64,000 nt of DNA from an uncultured Chloroflexia bacterium (GCA_963840255.1 CAWIYB010000005.1:997843-1061842), one strand, 5' to 3'; numbered from the stretch's first letter, positions 1 through 10,279 are shown. Numbers and translations are program-made. The notes: generated from the sequence alone by a model not told the origin.

Positions 1-288
1 AGCCAAAGGAACGATTTTATTCCGATGCAGATTGCACCCAACACTGTCGTGACCGATACTCTGGTCAATGGTGAGCCTGCTGCCTTAACAAACGGCGGAT
101 GGGATACTGAATTCGTAAAAGACAACCTGGCACCGGGCGGTGGGAAAATGGTATCCAGTTGGAGGAATGATTTACCGGTGAAAAACCTGTACTGGCAGGT
201 CGGAACAACGTACCTGGCCTTGATTACCGCTGACGGAAACGTGAGCCAGCAAGAATTAATGGATATGGCTGCCAGTATTGGCAAATGA
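1..288 (+). CDS. C-terminal fragment of a hypothetical protein (DUF4367-like tail), truncated by the window edge
   Basis: The frame is open from nt 1 with no upstream stop and ends at TGA 286-288. A hairpin terminator follows. The family call is a weak resemblance only. Confidence 0.45.
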   Translation, partial: SQRNDFIPMQIAPNTVVTDTLVNGEPAALTNGGWDTEFVKDNLAPGGGKMVSSWRNDLPVKNLYWQVGTTYLALITADGNVSQQELMDMAASIGK

Positions 289-322
289 TCCTGGCTTGAT
301 TTAATTTTCTAACTAACAAAAT

Positions 323-371
323 CTGCTGGAGGCCTCGGGAAAATAGTCTCCAGCAGAATGTTTATTTTATT
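323..371 (+). terminator. Rho-independent terminator-like hairpin
   Basis: Perfect 9-bp inverted repeat CTGCTGGAG (323-331) / CTCCAGCAG (348-356), followed by the T-rich tract aatgtttattttatt. It lies 35 nt after the stop at 288. Confidence 0.6.
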
Positions 372-547
372 ACGCACACCTAATAACATGGAATTTATAA
401 GAACATGCTTTACCCAAAACAGCTAACAAAAAAATAATATTCTGATGTTGTCAATGCCATCTATAAAATTATCATCAGACCGACTGGCAATGCTGCCAGC
501 TGAATGTCCTTCAGATGTTCCAATTCTCCTAAATAACCCTTTTCTCC

Positions 548-1027
548 TTACTTCAAGGCTTTCTTGAGTTCTTCTTCTATTTCACTATCAAAAGAAGATT
601 GATAGATCGTGCCGCTGTAAGGTTCCAGGGCAGCAACCAGCATACCTGCATTCTCATGTCCAACGATGAACAGGATTGCGGAATTCCCCGGCTTGATCGC
701 CTCTGTGACTTCCTTGACAAACTGTTTGTCGACGCCGTTACCCAGGGTTTTCCCAACCACAGCGCCACCGGCGGCACCAAGAGCGATCCCGGCGATTGGG
801 AACAGAATGCTGCCAACAGCCAGACCGATCAATCCACCGATCGCTGCTCCAGACTTCACATTGCTCTCGGTCATGTTTTTAATCTGCACTTTCCCTTCTT
901 TGTCCTTAACGATGACAGCAGCATCATCGAGTTTTAGCATGTCTTGATGCTGCAGATTTTTAAGCGATTTAAGCACAGCTAATGCCTGGTTCTCATCATC
1001 GAAAGTAATTACCAAAATATTAGACAT
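548..1027 (-). CDS. DUF1269-family membrane protein (glycine-zipper TM core)
   Basis: The N-terminus reads ILVITFDDENQA...DAAVIVKDKEGKV, followed by the Gly-rich TM segment GAAIGGLIGLAVGS...GAAGGAVVG. The ATG at 1027 is preceded by GGAGG with a 5-nt spacer. The TTG at 1039 given in the ORF track is less likely. Confidence 0.85.
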   Translation of the reverse strand: MSNILVITFDDENQALAVLKSLKNLQHQDMLKLDDAAVIVKDKEGKVQIKNMTESNVKSGAAIGGLIGLAVGSILFPIAGIALGAAGGAVVGKTLGNGVDKQFVKEVTEAIKPGNSAILFIVGHENAGMLVAALEPYSGTIYQSSFDSEIEEELKKALK

Positions 1028-1204
1028 GATTTCCTCCAATTGAAAATTGCTTACTCGCCTATTACTCCACCTCGCAGCATAATTATAACCAGTTGCTTTA
1101 TCTTCGAGGGTAAGTTGGTCTTGAACACTGTGTAATAGACCGGCTCGCGGAAATGTTAATTCAGTAGAAATGGATTGACTACATCAAATAAAGATACCGT
1201 ATTG

Positions 1205-1636
1205 TCAGGATCCCATTGAAGGATCGGGGGTCAAAGCGTCTTTTCGTGGAAAGAAAGATAAGATTATTTGCGACGGTGTAAAACCCAGGCTCCCCTTGAT
1301 AAGAAAGTAATCAGCTCCTGCGTGGTATGCCTCGGCTTGGTAGCCAGGGAACATCGTGTACACGATGACCTTGACCTCTGGCCATGTAGTTTTGATCTTC
1401 TGTGTGGCTGACAGTCCATCCATTAGCGGCATTTGGACATCCATGAGGACCAGGTCTGGTTTTATTTCACCAACCAATTTGACGGCCTCATTTCCATTTC
1501 CAGCTTCACCAACAACTACAATCCGGGGTTCAAATATGAATAAAGCCATTAAGGCGCGCCGGGTTGACGACTGGTCATCAGCAATAATAACTTTGATTTT
1601 ATCGTTTTCCACGTTTAGCTCCAGATTTTGAACCAA
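1205..1636 (-). CDS. Stand-alone response-regulator receiver domain (CheY-like)
   Basis: Motifs VIIADD, DLVLMDVQMP, VIVYT and FLIKG give an intact acidic pocket, phospho-Asp, Thr and Lys. There is no output domain. The start is uncertain: TTG at 1636, or GTG at 1612 after GGAG. Confidence 0.85.
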   Translation of the reverse strand: MVQNLELNVENDKIKVIIADDQSSTRRALMALFIFEPRIVVVGEAGNGNEAVKLVGEIKPDLVLMDVQMPLMDGLSATQKIKTTWPEVKVIVYTMFPGYQAEAYHAGADYFLIKGSLGFTPSQIILSFFPRKDALTPDPSMGS

Positions 1637-1700
1637 TCATCAGACTATCCCGGCCAAGCTCGGTCTTTCCGTTCTAATTGCCTTCACCCCTTCGTGTCCG

Positions 1701-2390
1701 TTACACACGATATCCATCAGATTCTATATCATAGGTATCATCGAGTGATACCAGTCCAGTTCGAATGCCATATAACGCTGCCTGTACCCGATTTTTTAAA
1801 CCCAGTTTTGTTAAAATCCGGCTGATGTGTGTTCGAATGGTCACCTCTGTGAGTACAAGTTGTTCTGCAATTTCCTTATCTGTTTTACCCATGGTAAGCA
1901 GACGCAGGACTTCTGTCTCCCGTTCAGAGAGCTCCTCTGCAGATCGTTTGGCAGGTTCAGCGCCCGACATTTTACGCAGGAATTTCCAGGCAATATTTGT
2001 ATTAACCGATGGCTCGCCAGCATATACATCTCGGATCGCTTGAACGAGTTCTTCTGGTTGAGCATCTTTTACCAGATATCCCATGGCTCCTGCTTTGATC
2101 GCCGGGATAAGCTTATCGTCTCCGGTATAACTGGTGAGCACAATGATACGTTGATCGGGCTGTATGGCGATAATCCGCTTAATAGCCTCAATACCTTCCA
2201 TAACAGGCATTGCCAGGTCGATCAAGACTACATCCGGTTTCAAACCCTCAACCATCTCGATTGCTTTTAAGCCATCCCCAGCTTCACCAATAACGCCGAT
2301 ATCATCGTATTCACTCAGCAAAGCTTTTATACCTTTGCGGACCATGACATGATCGTCTACGATGAGCACCTGTATCGGGTGATTACCCAT
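1701..2390 (-). CDS. NarL/LuxR-family two-component response regulator
   Basis: Receiver motifs are VLIVDDH, DVVLIDLAMP, LTSY and GYLVKD. The C-terminal LuxR HTH reads LSERETEVLRLLTMGKTDKEIAEQLVLTEVTIRTHISRIL. The ATG at 2390 is preceded by GAGGA. The ORF-track start at 2459 adds 23 unlikely residues. Confidence 0.9.
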   Translation of the reverse strand: MGNHPIQVLIVDDHVMVRKGIKALLSEYDDIGVIGEAGDGLKAIEMVEGLKPDVVLIDLAMPVMEGIEAIKRIIAIQPDQRIIVLTSYTGDDKLIPAIKAGAMGYLVKDAQPEELVQAIRDVYAGEPSVNTNIAWKFLRKMSGAEPAKRSAEELSERETEVLRLLTMGKTDKEIAEQLVLTEVTIRTHISRILTKLGLKNRVQAALYGIRTGLVSLDDTYDIESDGYRV

Positions 2391-2804
2391 CACATCCTCA
2401 ATTCTGGGGATTATCTGGTTACCAGAGGTTGAACCCAATTCTGTTTCATGAAGTATCACATTCCTATCAGGCTGCCAGCCAATCGGACTTCCGGCAGTTG
2501 TAAATCAATATTTAAAAATGTCAAGTTACTCCCCGGCAGGTTCACTGCAGTAAAACAAAATATATAAGTGGCAAGACAATTGCCCTTGTCCTCATTTATG
2601 CTCAAGCGAAATTTTCCACTGAACCATGCTTTCACGCGTATATCTCAACGGGTATGATGCGTTCATAATAATTTACCTGAAACCAGGCTGGATGTCATCG
2701 TTCACTTGTTGATATTGGAATCAACATAAGGAGTATAAACTATCACTCATTCAACGTAGTTGGATTACGAAGTCAACAAGTGTGTAATGGATCCCTTTAT
2801 GGAC

Positions 2805-3473
2805 CTATTCTTTTGTGTCCTCTATGGATGTAATACCTTCCCGCAAAGCATACAGAGTCGCCTGGACCCGGTTCGCCATGTGCAGCTTAGCCAGGAGGTG
2901 GCTGATATGTGTGCGTACGGTGACTTCTGTTATCACCAGCTGGGAAGCAATCTCGTCGTTTGAAAGACCTTTTGCCAAAAGCTGCAACACTTCAATCTCC
3001 CTGGCAGTCAATGGCTCGGAGGCGGGTTTGGTTGAGGGCTGATCCAGAATCTCTTTCATCATTTTCCGAGCAATTATCGGGTGCAGTGAAGGCTCACCCC
3101 GATAGACCTTATAAATCGCCTGGATTAATTCGGCGGGTTCTGAATCTTTAAGCAGGTAACCCATCGCACCGGCTTTTATAGCCGGAAAGATTTTTTCATC
3201 ACCCACAAAGCTTGTCAGAACAAGCACGCGTACTTTTGGTTGCCGGGTGGTGATCTGTCGGGTGGCATCGATGCCATCCATTTTAGGCATTAACAGGTCC
3301 ATTAATATGACGTCAGGCTCAAGCTGACTCGATAGACTGATGGCATCCAGCCCGTTATCGGCTTCTCCCACAATTTGTATATCGCTCTTTTCCGACAACA
3401 AGGCTTTGATACCTTTTCGGACAATCGTATGATCATCGACAATAAGAACGCGGATAACCTGTTCCTGGACCAT
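2805..3473 (-). CDS. NarL/LuxR-family two-component response regulator (paralog of 1701-2390)
   Basis: Receiver plus LuxR HTH (LTAREIEVLQLLAKGLSNDEIASQLVITEVTVRTHISHLL). Its ATG overlaps the stop of the upstream sensor gene (TAATG at 3471-3475). Confidence 0.92.
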   Translation of the reverse strand: MVQEQVIRVLIVDDHTIVRKGIKALLSEKSDIQIVGEADNGLDAISLSSQLEPDVILMDLLMPKMDGIDATRQITTRQPKVRVLVLTSFVGDEKIFPAIKAGAMGYLLKDSEPAELIQAIYKVYRGEPSLHPIIARKMMKEILDQPSTKPASEPLTAREIEVLQLLAKGLSNDEIASQLVITEVTVRTHISHLLAKLHMANRVQATLYALREGITSIEDTKE

Positions 3474-6400
3474 TATTGCTTCACCTCAATGTATATTTTG
3501 GTTCCATGGTTTGGAGCAGATACGATCTGGCAAGTTGCTCCCAGTTTATCCGCGCGTTCGTGGATGTTCCGAATACCCTGACCGCCGCTCTGTTCAGCCG
3601 TGTCCGGATCAAAGCCTACACCATCATCCTCGACCGTCAGATGTACGGCGCCGTCTTCTCCATTAAGTTCGACCTTCACTAATTTTGCGTGGGCGTGCTT
3701 GCTCACATTGTTCAAGGCTTCTTGAGCAATCCGGTAAAGCTCGCCTTGTTCATCAGGTGAAAGGTTTATCTCCCCTTCAGTTTTAAAGATAGCCTGAAAA
3801 CCTGCCCTGGCTTCAACCGAATCAAGTCGGCTTTGCAAGGCAGCTGCCAGTCCTTCACGCTCGATGATCGGAGGACGAAGCTCAAAGATCATCAAGCGCA
3901 TATCCGACATTGCTTCACGCGATAATTCAACCAGATCCTCCAGGTGATCATTGACCACATCGAGTTTGTTCATCTCAAGCGCTAGGCGAGTCGCATCGGT
4001 AAACAGGCTGATGCTGTATAACGCTTGAGCGACAAAGTCATGCAGCTCACGCGCCAGGCGGTTTCGTTCTTCCAATGCAGCAATGTCACGTGCCCGCTTG
4101 TATAACTGTGCATTTTGAATCGCAATGGCCACCTGATTGGCGTAAGCTTGTGATAGCGTCCTGGAAGGTTGCGGGTAATGATCGGGTTGAGAATGGGCTA
4201 ACACCAAAGCTCCAATCAAGCTATCTTTTACAATTAATGGCAATATCAACCAGGAGCGTAATAACTTTATTTGATCGTAAGCTAAATTTAACTTATCCTG
4301 CATGTATATCATCAGCTCTTGCTGATCCATAATGTCAGGGAAATAGAATGCTTCCTTGCCAGTAATAAATGGTGCGATCACTGCCTGTTCCTGTACCGAG
4401 AATTGATACTTCAGTAAGCTGTGGAAAATTTCCGGGCCTCTTATGACCTGGAACTTGAAGAAGTTCTGTTCGAGGATCAAGATCGCGGCGGCATCGTAAG
4501 GCATCACCTTTCCAAGCTGTTCGATGATCAGGTTGAGCAGGCGGTCGAGATCCAGGGTAGAAACGATAGATTGGGAGATCTGAAGCAGGGTGGATAGCTG
4601 GTCATGGGCTTTTTGAAGTTCTTCCTGGTCTTGTTTACGCTTGGTGATATCCTGGTTAACCACAATCGCCCCGATTAAGCCATCTCCATCCACAATGAGC
4701 GGCATGGCGGAATTGAGGATGAACCTGTGTGTCCCATCGAATGCTTCAATCTCCAGCTCTTCATTCAAAGTGACCTTACCTTCGGTTACCGCCAGTCCGC
4801 CCGCCCAATCTTCTGCCTTGATCTGTTCACCAGTATCCTGCTTCCAGGCTAAATATTCTCCATATTTCTGCATTTCCACATATTTTGCCCCTGCCCAGAT
4901 CCGCAGGCTCTCGGGATTTCCGGAGACGATTTTTGGGGTTTTATCCACTATCCACACACCGACGGGCAGAATCTCCAATACTTTCCTGAGTACTGCCTCA
5001 TTGTAGCGTACAGCCTCTTCAGCATATTTTCGCTGGCTGATATCGATCAAGGAAATTACGATCGATTTGGAGCTGGGGAGAATTGTTGCCGTGTTGATCA
5101 CATCTTTTTCGTGCCCCAAACGGTCAATCAATTTGAACTCAAAGCTGTTGGGCACTCCTGAAAGGTTTGTTTGCCGATCCTGCCTGAACTGCATAATCCT
5201 GGATCGATCTGTAGGAGCAACGATGTTTAAAGAGTTGAAATGATTTCCCAACTCCTCTTTTGAGTAACCAGTCAGCCGCACGAATTCATCATTCGTGAGC
5301 AGGACTTCTCCATTTTCATCAATAAGCGCCATTGCTGTACCGGTAGTGTCAAATACAGCTCGGTAGCGGGCTTCAGATAGACGCAACGCTTCTTCTGTTG
5401 TGGTCCGAGCATCGATCTCCTCAATAAGCTTTCTATTTGTCTCGGATAGCTCACGTGTGCGTTTTTCAACCAGTGTTTCCAGCTGTTCGTAAAGCCTGGC
5501 CTTCTCAATCGAAGCTGCAACCTGCCCGGAGATCAGATGCACAATTTCCAACCGGTCAGAAGCGAACGCACCAGAGATCAGGTTGTTTTCCAGGTAAATC
5601 ACCCCACGCAACACACCCTGGTTCATCAGGGGAGAACACAGGATTGATCTCGGCTGCCGGCTTTGGATGTAAGAATCCTGGCTGAACTGGCTTGATTTGG
5701 AGGCATCTTCGAGAACGAGGTCCACCTGGGAATTTATTACATAAAACACCAGTGAAGCGGGGATCGGGACCTCATCCCCGGGCGTAATTTGCGCATTCAA
5801 GGGGATGGATAACAAGGTATTTTCCTCGCCAGATTCATCAGAGCGCTGGACTTCCAGGTACCAACCCTCCTCCCGCCAGAGGATAAGGGATCCATTTTGT
5901 GCACCGGTATTCTCGATCAAAAAGGACATCAACCTGCACAGCAGCTCATCCAGGTTGGTTTGCTGTGCCAACTCCAATGAGGCTTTCAAGATGGTGTTCA
6001 GGTCGATAGATGAGGCAATCTCGTCTTTTAAGTGCCCTCCACTTTCAGCACCAAAGTCACTCTGAGTTTCTTCCTGTAGTCTCTGAGGAAGCCATTCGGG
6101 ATACCGCTTTTCCAGATCTTTTAACTTCGCCTTTGCTCCCCATGTTTGATAGGAAAAATACGCTATCAACAGGTGATCCTTAGCCATAGAGCAGTTTTCT
6201 TGTGCCAGGTAAAATTCGGCTGCCAGCTCGGCTGCCAGCGCACTCTCATGGACATAACCATTCCGTTTTGCCTGCTCTATCGTCCGCTCATAGATCTCGG
6301 CAGCCTCGGAGAAACGTCCGAGACAGCGAGCTTGTTCGGCCTCCACCAGCTCAAGAAGATGCTGGAAATTAACCGGGACGAGGCTGGCCCACAAGCGCAA

Positions 6401-9400
6401 TAACTTGAGGTTCTCTTCCACCTTCTCGAGACGATCGGGCAGGTCGCTTGAATCCAATTCAGCGGACAGAAGCGCCAGGGAATAGATAAAAAGATGGAGA
6501 GTATAGATCAGGTAATTTTTAGCACTGGCCTTATGTACCTCGGCTGCAGTGGAGTCTTCTAATGCCCTACCGGGTTGGCGAAAAAGGAAATTCAGGAAGG
6601 CATGGGCTGTATACAGGTAAAATATGTATTGATGATTTATCCTCTCATCGATGAGTTTTAGCCCTTCATCTTTTTTGAATAACTCTCCATTAATTTCCCA
6701 TGGGCGACTGGTTTCCTCACTCAAATTTATGACTACTTGCGACCACATCCTCAGCCTTTGGGTATAGCCCACATTATGGAGAAACTCTAACCGCTGCAAG
6801 GCTTCGACCTGCCTTGCCCGTACATCTTCGAGCTTATCCCCCACAAATAGGCTGATTTCAGCTGCCAGGTCTTGCATGCTGATTGAATACCACAGATTTC
6901 CAGACTTAACTGCAGGTTGAAAGCTTTTATACAGGGGATCGATACACTCCCTGGCTGGTCTCCACCAATGATGAACAAAACCATAGTAAACATACCGGAC
7001 AGCATAAAGAGTCCTGGAAGGCCCACCCTTTTCAGCCAGCTCAAGCGCCATCCTTCCCAATTGGCAGCCTTCCTTCATCTCAATGAATCGGCTGAGCATT
7101 AAAATAACCGCGTACGAAACATACATGTAGCTTGCTGTGGGAGGATTCCCAAACCGAGAAAATAAATCGATATAAAAAAGTACCACCTGGTCTAACCGGG
7201 GATCATTATTGGCATAACCAGCTGAGATCATTAATTCATCCAACCGCGACACCTCAAGGGCAAGCGAATCGGTCATCGCAGGCAGCTGCATCGCTCGCTC
7301 TGGGATAAAGCTGGTGGACGTTCTTACATCCAGGTCAAATCCCAACATCTTAATAATTTCAATCCCGAGCTCAAAAACCTCATCGATGCGGGTTTGGATC
7401 ATGTAGGAGTCCATGCGTATCCTCATGATCCTCGCTTTTTCTAACAAGGTGCCGGCATTCGGTTCAGCCGCAAGGCACAAGGCTTCAGCATTCTTGAGGT
7501 CACCATTTAGGAAAGCTACTTCTGCTGCCGAAGTAAACAGATTAAGCGAAAGTGTATATTGATCCGGATCCTGCCAGCTATTTTCCGATAACAGCTGCAT
7601 TCCCATGGCCAGGTAGCGGGATGCAACCCCATATGCCCCGGCTGCCCGGGCTTGGTTACTCACCACCAGGTTTAAATGTGCAGCTATTGCTGCTTCTGCA
7701 GGATCTTCGATCAGGGGACTACCCGTATTCAGGCGATCGACGATCACCAGGAGGTTATCAGTTACAATTTCCTCACCTCGCCAACTGGCTTTTTCAAGCA
7801 ATTGGCGTCCCATCTGCAGTGATGTCAGTATCATCTGCTTGTCATCCAGCATGGCTAAAGCTGCTTGCTGGACTCGGTCATGTTGAAATTCGAATTGAAT
7901 CTGCTCTTTTAATAGTATCGCCAGGCTCGGGAGCTGTTCACCGCTTTTCACTCTCACACCACTCGTGGTTCCACCCAGCAGGTAGCGATAATTCTCGTCC
8001 AAAGGATGAATCAAGCCTGCTTTCATTGCTACCCACAGGCTGTATGCCAATGAACTGGCCTTGTCTTGCCCAACTAAGGAAAGCAGTGTGGCCGCATCGA
8101 ATCGCGTGCCGATCAAGGCAGCATATTGAAGTGTTTTTTGAGTATCCTCGTCAAATTTACGGAGTTCGTTGACGAACAGATCAACTACATTGCTGGCAGC
8201 GAAGTATTTTTCGATGGTGGCGATATCCCAGCGCCATTTTTGATCAGTAATATTAAAGGTTATAAGCTGTCCTTTATTTAATGACTTGAGCAGCTCGGTA
8301 GTAAAGTAAGGATTTCCATTCGTTTTCTTGAAAACCACCGAGGAAAGATCGAAGACTTCATCCGGATCAAAATCTAATGCAGCGGCTATCAGCTTGTTGA
8401 CCATTGAAATTTCCATACATTGGAGTTGAAGCTGGGTAATCAAGCCACTTGCATTTTCTGCATCATGAATAAGCCCGCAAATCGGGTGCTCCGGTCCAAC
8501 CTCATTATCACGGTAAGCCCCGACGACCAACAGATTCTTAAGGGTCACGGTAGATAAGATGCTCTGCCATAAAAGGCATGAGTTTGGGCTGATCCATTGC
8601 ATATCATCGAGGAAGATCACCACCGGGTGTTCTGGCTGGCAGATAGCATCAAGGAAACGGATCACCACCTGGTGAAGCCTGGGGCGCACTTGTTCCTCAT
8701 CAACTGCTTCGACCGGCGGTTGCTGAGTAATGATCTTCTCGAACTGCGGGCAAAGCTCGATCAGTAGCTGACCGTATGGTGTCACTGCAGACTGAATGGC
8801 AGCGCGCCAGATTTCAAATGTATGTGAAGGCTCAGACAGGATCTGGCTGCAGAATTCATCCAAAACCTGGGTAAGTTCCTTGTAGACACTCAGCAAACGA
8901 ACCTGATCAAATTTCCCATATAGGAAAAGACCCATCCGCTCGCTCACCGGGCGGATGAGCTGGTTGACCAGGGTAGTCTTACCAATCCCTGCTTCTCCGC
9001 TGACGAGGACCAGATGCCTCGGCCCGTTGACCGTATTCTTAAAAGACTTCACTAGCGCATCCGTCTCCAGCTCACGCCCAACCACGAGCTGTGTAATATC
9101 AAGATATACAGATCGATCGGCCTGTCCGGGGACGAATGCCCGAGCATGTGTTCCTTTCTTGCGGGGTTCCTGAAGCACAGTCAGGCAGTGACGCAGATCG
9201 GCTTCCAGTGCAGCGGACGTCTGATAACGATCCTCAGGGTTTTTCGCCAGGAGTTTTAGCAGGATCAACGAAACGATCTGGAAGGCGCTCGGAGAAGTAT
9301 CCCAGGGTTCTATCCTTGCGTCTGGCGATTCAGGTAAAACGGCCAGGTGGGCATGGACCAGCTCCAGCGGAGTTGCTCCAAGAAAAGGTGGGAACCCGGT

Positions 9401-10051
9401 CAACAGCTCATATAAGGAAGCTCCGAGTGAATAATAATCCGTCCGGTAATCCACCGACCGGTTCATCCGCCCGGTCATCTCCGGCGAGATATACGCCAGG
9501 AATTGTGCCAGCTTATACGGATTCTGCAGTGGTGCTTTTTCTCTCGATACCAGGGAAGCATTCACGAAATTTGTCAGTCTCACCTGCCTTGTCGGAAAGT
9601 TGACAAATATATTTCCAGGTGAGATATTCTTATGAATTACCTGCCGGGAGTGGATTGCTGCAACAATTTCAACCAAATTAAGGGACAGGTTGATAAATTC
9701 TTCAGGTGGTATATGACCAGCGATACCCAAGGCATTGAGCGGCTGACCGTTAATATCTTCAAGGACGATCATCCACCATTGCTCATGATTCTCGAGTGCA
9801 TATGCTTTATCAACCCCTGGCAGGTCCAATCCTCGCAGGATCTCAAATTCCTGCCACAATGGAGCCAATAGTTTAAGCGTTGGGTACGGTCGATTGAGGA
9901 CTTTTAAAATGACGGGGGAATTATCCAGACAACGTTGAGCACGGAAAATCTTAAATCCTGCATCCTCAGATAGCCTTTCAATTATCTGATAGCCGGGGAC
10001 TTCAAAAAGTGCAGGTCCCGTCCTTTCGCTCGGGATGCCAGGGTTGCTCAC
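3473..10051 (-). CDS. Giant multidomain sensor: STK-like (predicted pseudokinase) - AAA/STAND ATPase - helical repeats - GAF - PAS x2 - GAF - HisKA_3/HATPase_c histidine kinase
   Basis: A single 2,192-codon ORF.
- Kinase fold: VILKV, HKNISPGN, TNF, SPE, DYYSLG.
- Walker A: GEAGIGKTTL. Walker B-like: VIFLDDMQW.
- GAF and PAS segments.
- HisKA_3 H-box: RLARELHDFVAQALY.
- HATPase_c: N-box EALNNVSKHA and G-boxes DDGVGF / GQGIRNI.
The start is GTG. Confidence 0.92.
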   Translation of the reverse strand: MSNPGIPSERTGPALFEVPGYQIIERLSEDAGFKIFRAQRCLDNSPVILKVLNRPYPTLKLLAPLWQEFEILRGLDLPGVDKAYALENHEQWWMIVLEDINGQPLNALGIAGHIPPEEFINLSLNLVEIVAAIHSRQVIHKNISPGNIFVNFPTRQVRLTNFVNASLVSREKAPLQNPYKLAQFLAYISPEMTGRMNRSVDYRTDYYSLGASLYELLTGFPPFLGATPLELVHAHLAVLPESPDARIEPWDTSPSAFQIVSLILLKLLAKNPEDRYQTSAALEADLRHCLTVLQEPRKKGTHARAFVPGQADRSVYLDITQLVVGRELETDALVKSFKNTVNGPRHLVLVSGEAGIGKTTLVNQLIRPVSERMGLFLYGKFDQVRLLSVYKELTQVLDEFCSQILSEPSHTFEIWRAAIQSAVTPYGQLLIELCPQFEKIITQQPPVEAVDEEQVRPRLHQVVIRFLDAICQPEHPVVIFLDDMQWISPNSCLLWQSILSTVTLKNLLVVGAYRDNEVGPEHPICGLIHDAENASGLITQLQLQCMEISMVNKLIAAALDFDPDEVFDLSSVVFKKTNGNPYFTTELLKSLNKGQLITFNITDQKWRWDIATIEKYFAASNVVDLFVNELRKFDEDTQKTLQYAALIGTRFDAATLLSLVGQDKASSLAYSLWVAMKAGLIHPLDENYRYLLGGTTSGVRVKSGEQLPSLAILLKEQIQFEFQHDRVQQAALAMLDDKQMILTSLQMGRQLLEKASWRGEEIVTDNLLVIVDRLNTGSPLIEDPAEAAIAAHLNLVVSNQARAAGAYGVASRYLAMGMQLLSENSWQDPDQYTLSLNLFTSAAEVAFLNGDLKNAEALCLAAEPNAGTLLEKARIMRIRMDSYMIQTRIDEVFELGIEIIKMLGFDLDVRTSTSFIPERAMQLPAMTDSLALEVSRLDELMISAGYANNDPRLDQVVLFYIDLFSRFGNPPTASYMYVSYAVILMLSRFIEMKEGCQLGRMALELAEKGGPSRTLYAVRYVYYGFVHHWWRPARECIDPLYKSFQPAVKSGNLWYSISMQDLAAEISLFVGDKLEDVRARQVEALQRLEFLHNVGYTQRLRMWSQVVINLSEETSRPWEINGELFKKDEGLKLIDERINHQYIFYLYTAHAFLNFLFRQPGRALEDSTAAEVHKASAKNYLIYTLHLFIYSLALLSAELDSSDLPDRLEKVEENLKLLRLWASLVPVNFQHLLELVEAEQARCLGRFSEAAEIYERTIEQAKRNGYVHESALAAELAAEFYLAQENCSMAKDHLLIAYFSYQTWGAKAKLKDLEKRYPEWLPQRLQEETQSDFGAESGGHLKDEIASSIDLNTILKASLELAQQTNLDELLCRLMSFLIENTGAQNGSLILWREEGWYLEVQRSDESGEENTLLSIPLNAQITPGDEVPIPASLVFYVINSQVDLVLEDASKSSQFSQDSYIQSRQPRSILCSPLMNQGVLRGVIYLENNLISGAFASDRLEIVHLISGQVAASIEKARLYEQLETLVEKRTRELSETNRKLIEEIDARTTTEEALRLSEARYRAVFDTTGTAMALIDENGEVLLTNDEFVRLTGYSKEELGNHFNSLNIVAPTDRSRIMQFRQDRQTNLSGVPNSFEFKLIDRLGHEKDVINTATILPSSKSIVISLIDISQRKYAEEAVRYNEAVLRKVLEILPVGVWIVDKTPKIVSGNPESLRIWAGAKYVEMQKYGEYLAWKQDTGEQIKAEDWAGGLAVTEGKVTLNEELEIEAFDGTHRFILNSAMPLIVDGDGLIGAIVVNQDITKRKQDQEELQKAHDQLSTLLQISQSIVSTLDLDRLLNLIIEQLGKVMPYDAAAILILEQNFFKFQVIRGPEIFHSLLKYQFSVQEQAVIAPFITGKEAFYFPDIMDQQELMIYMQDKLNLAYDQIKLLRSWLILPLIVKDSLIGALVLAHSQPDHYPQPSRTLSQAYANQVAIAIQNAQLYKRARDIAALEERNRLARELHDFVAQALYSISLFTDATRLALEMNKLDVVNDHLEDLVELSREAMSDMRLMIFELRPPIIEREGLAAALQSRLDSVEARAGFQAIFKTEGEINLSPDEQGELYRIAQEALNNVSKHAHAKLVKVELNGEDGAVHLTVEDDGVGFDPDTAEQSGGQGIRNIHERADKLGATCQIVSAPNHGTKIYIEVKQ

Positions 10052-10279
10052 GATACAGCTCTTATTCAGAGTACCAATAACATTATAACAAATAGCGCCA
10101 GTGAAATTGACCTAGCCTCATTGACCACAGTATTTGTTGAGCAGGCATGAACAATTGTTGATGTCTGGCAGCATGAAATCATTTATTGTTTTTTAGAAAA
10201 CCAACATATAATTGAAGACAGTTGTCGATCGACCTGATATCTTTATTGTGAGATCATTACCAAGATAGGGTGAAAAGGG

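Noticed and set aside
7552-8172. 206-aa plus-strand ORF, and many similar antisense ORFs (599-937, 4641-5006, 9136-9603, 12013-12381, 15093-15736, 23056-23496, 25621-26100, 26545-27075, 28972-29481, 30858-31208, 52385-53002, 58035-58400)
   Set aside because: These are shadow ORFs inside long, motif-rich genes on the opposite strand. They have low-complexity Pro/Arg/Ser-rich translations, no SD and no recognisable domains.
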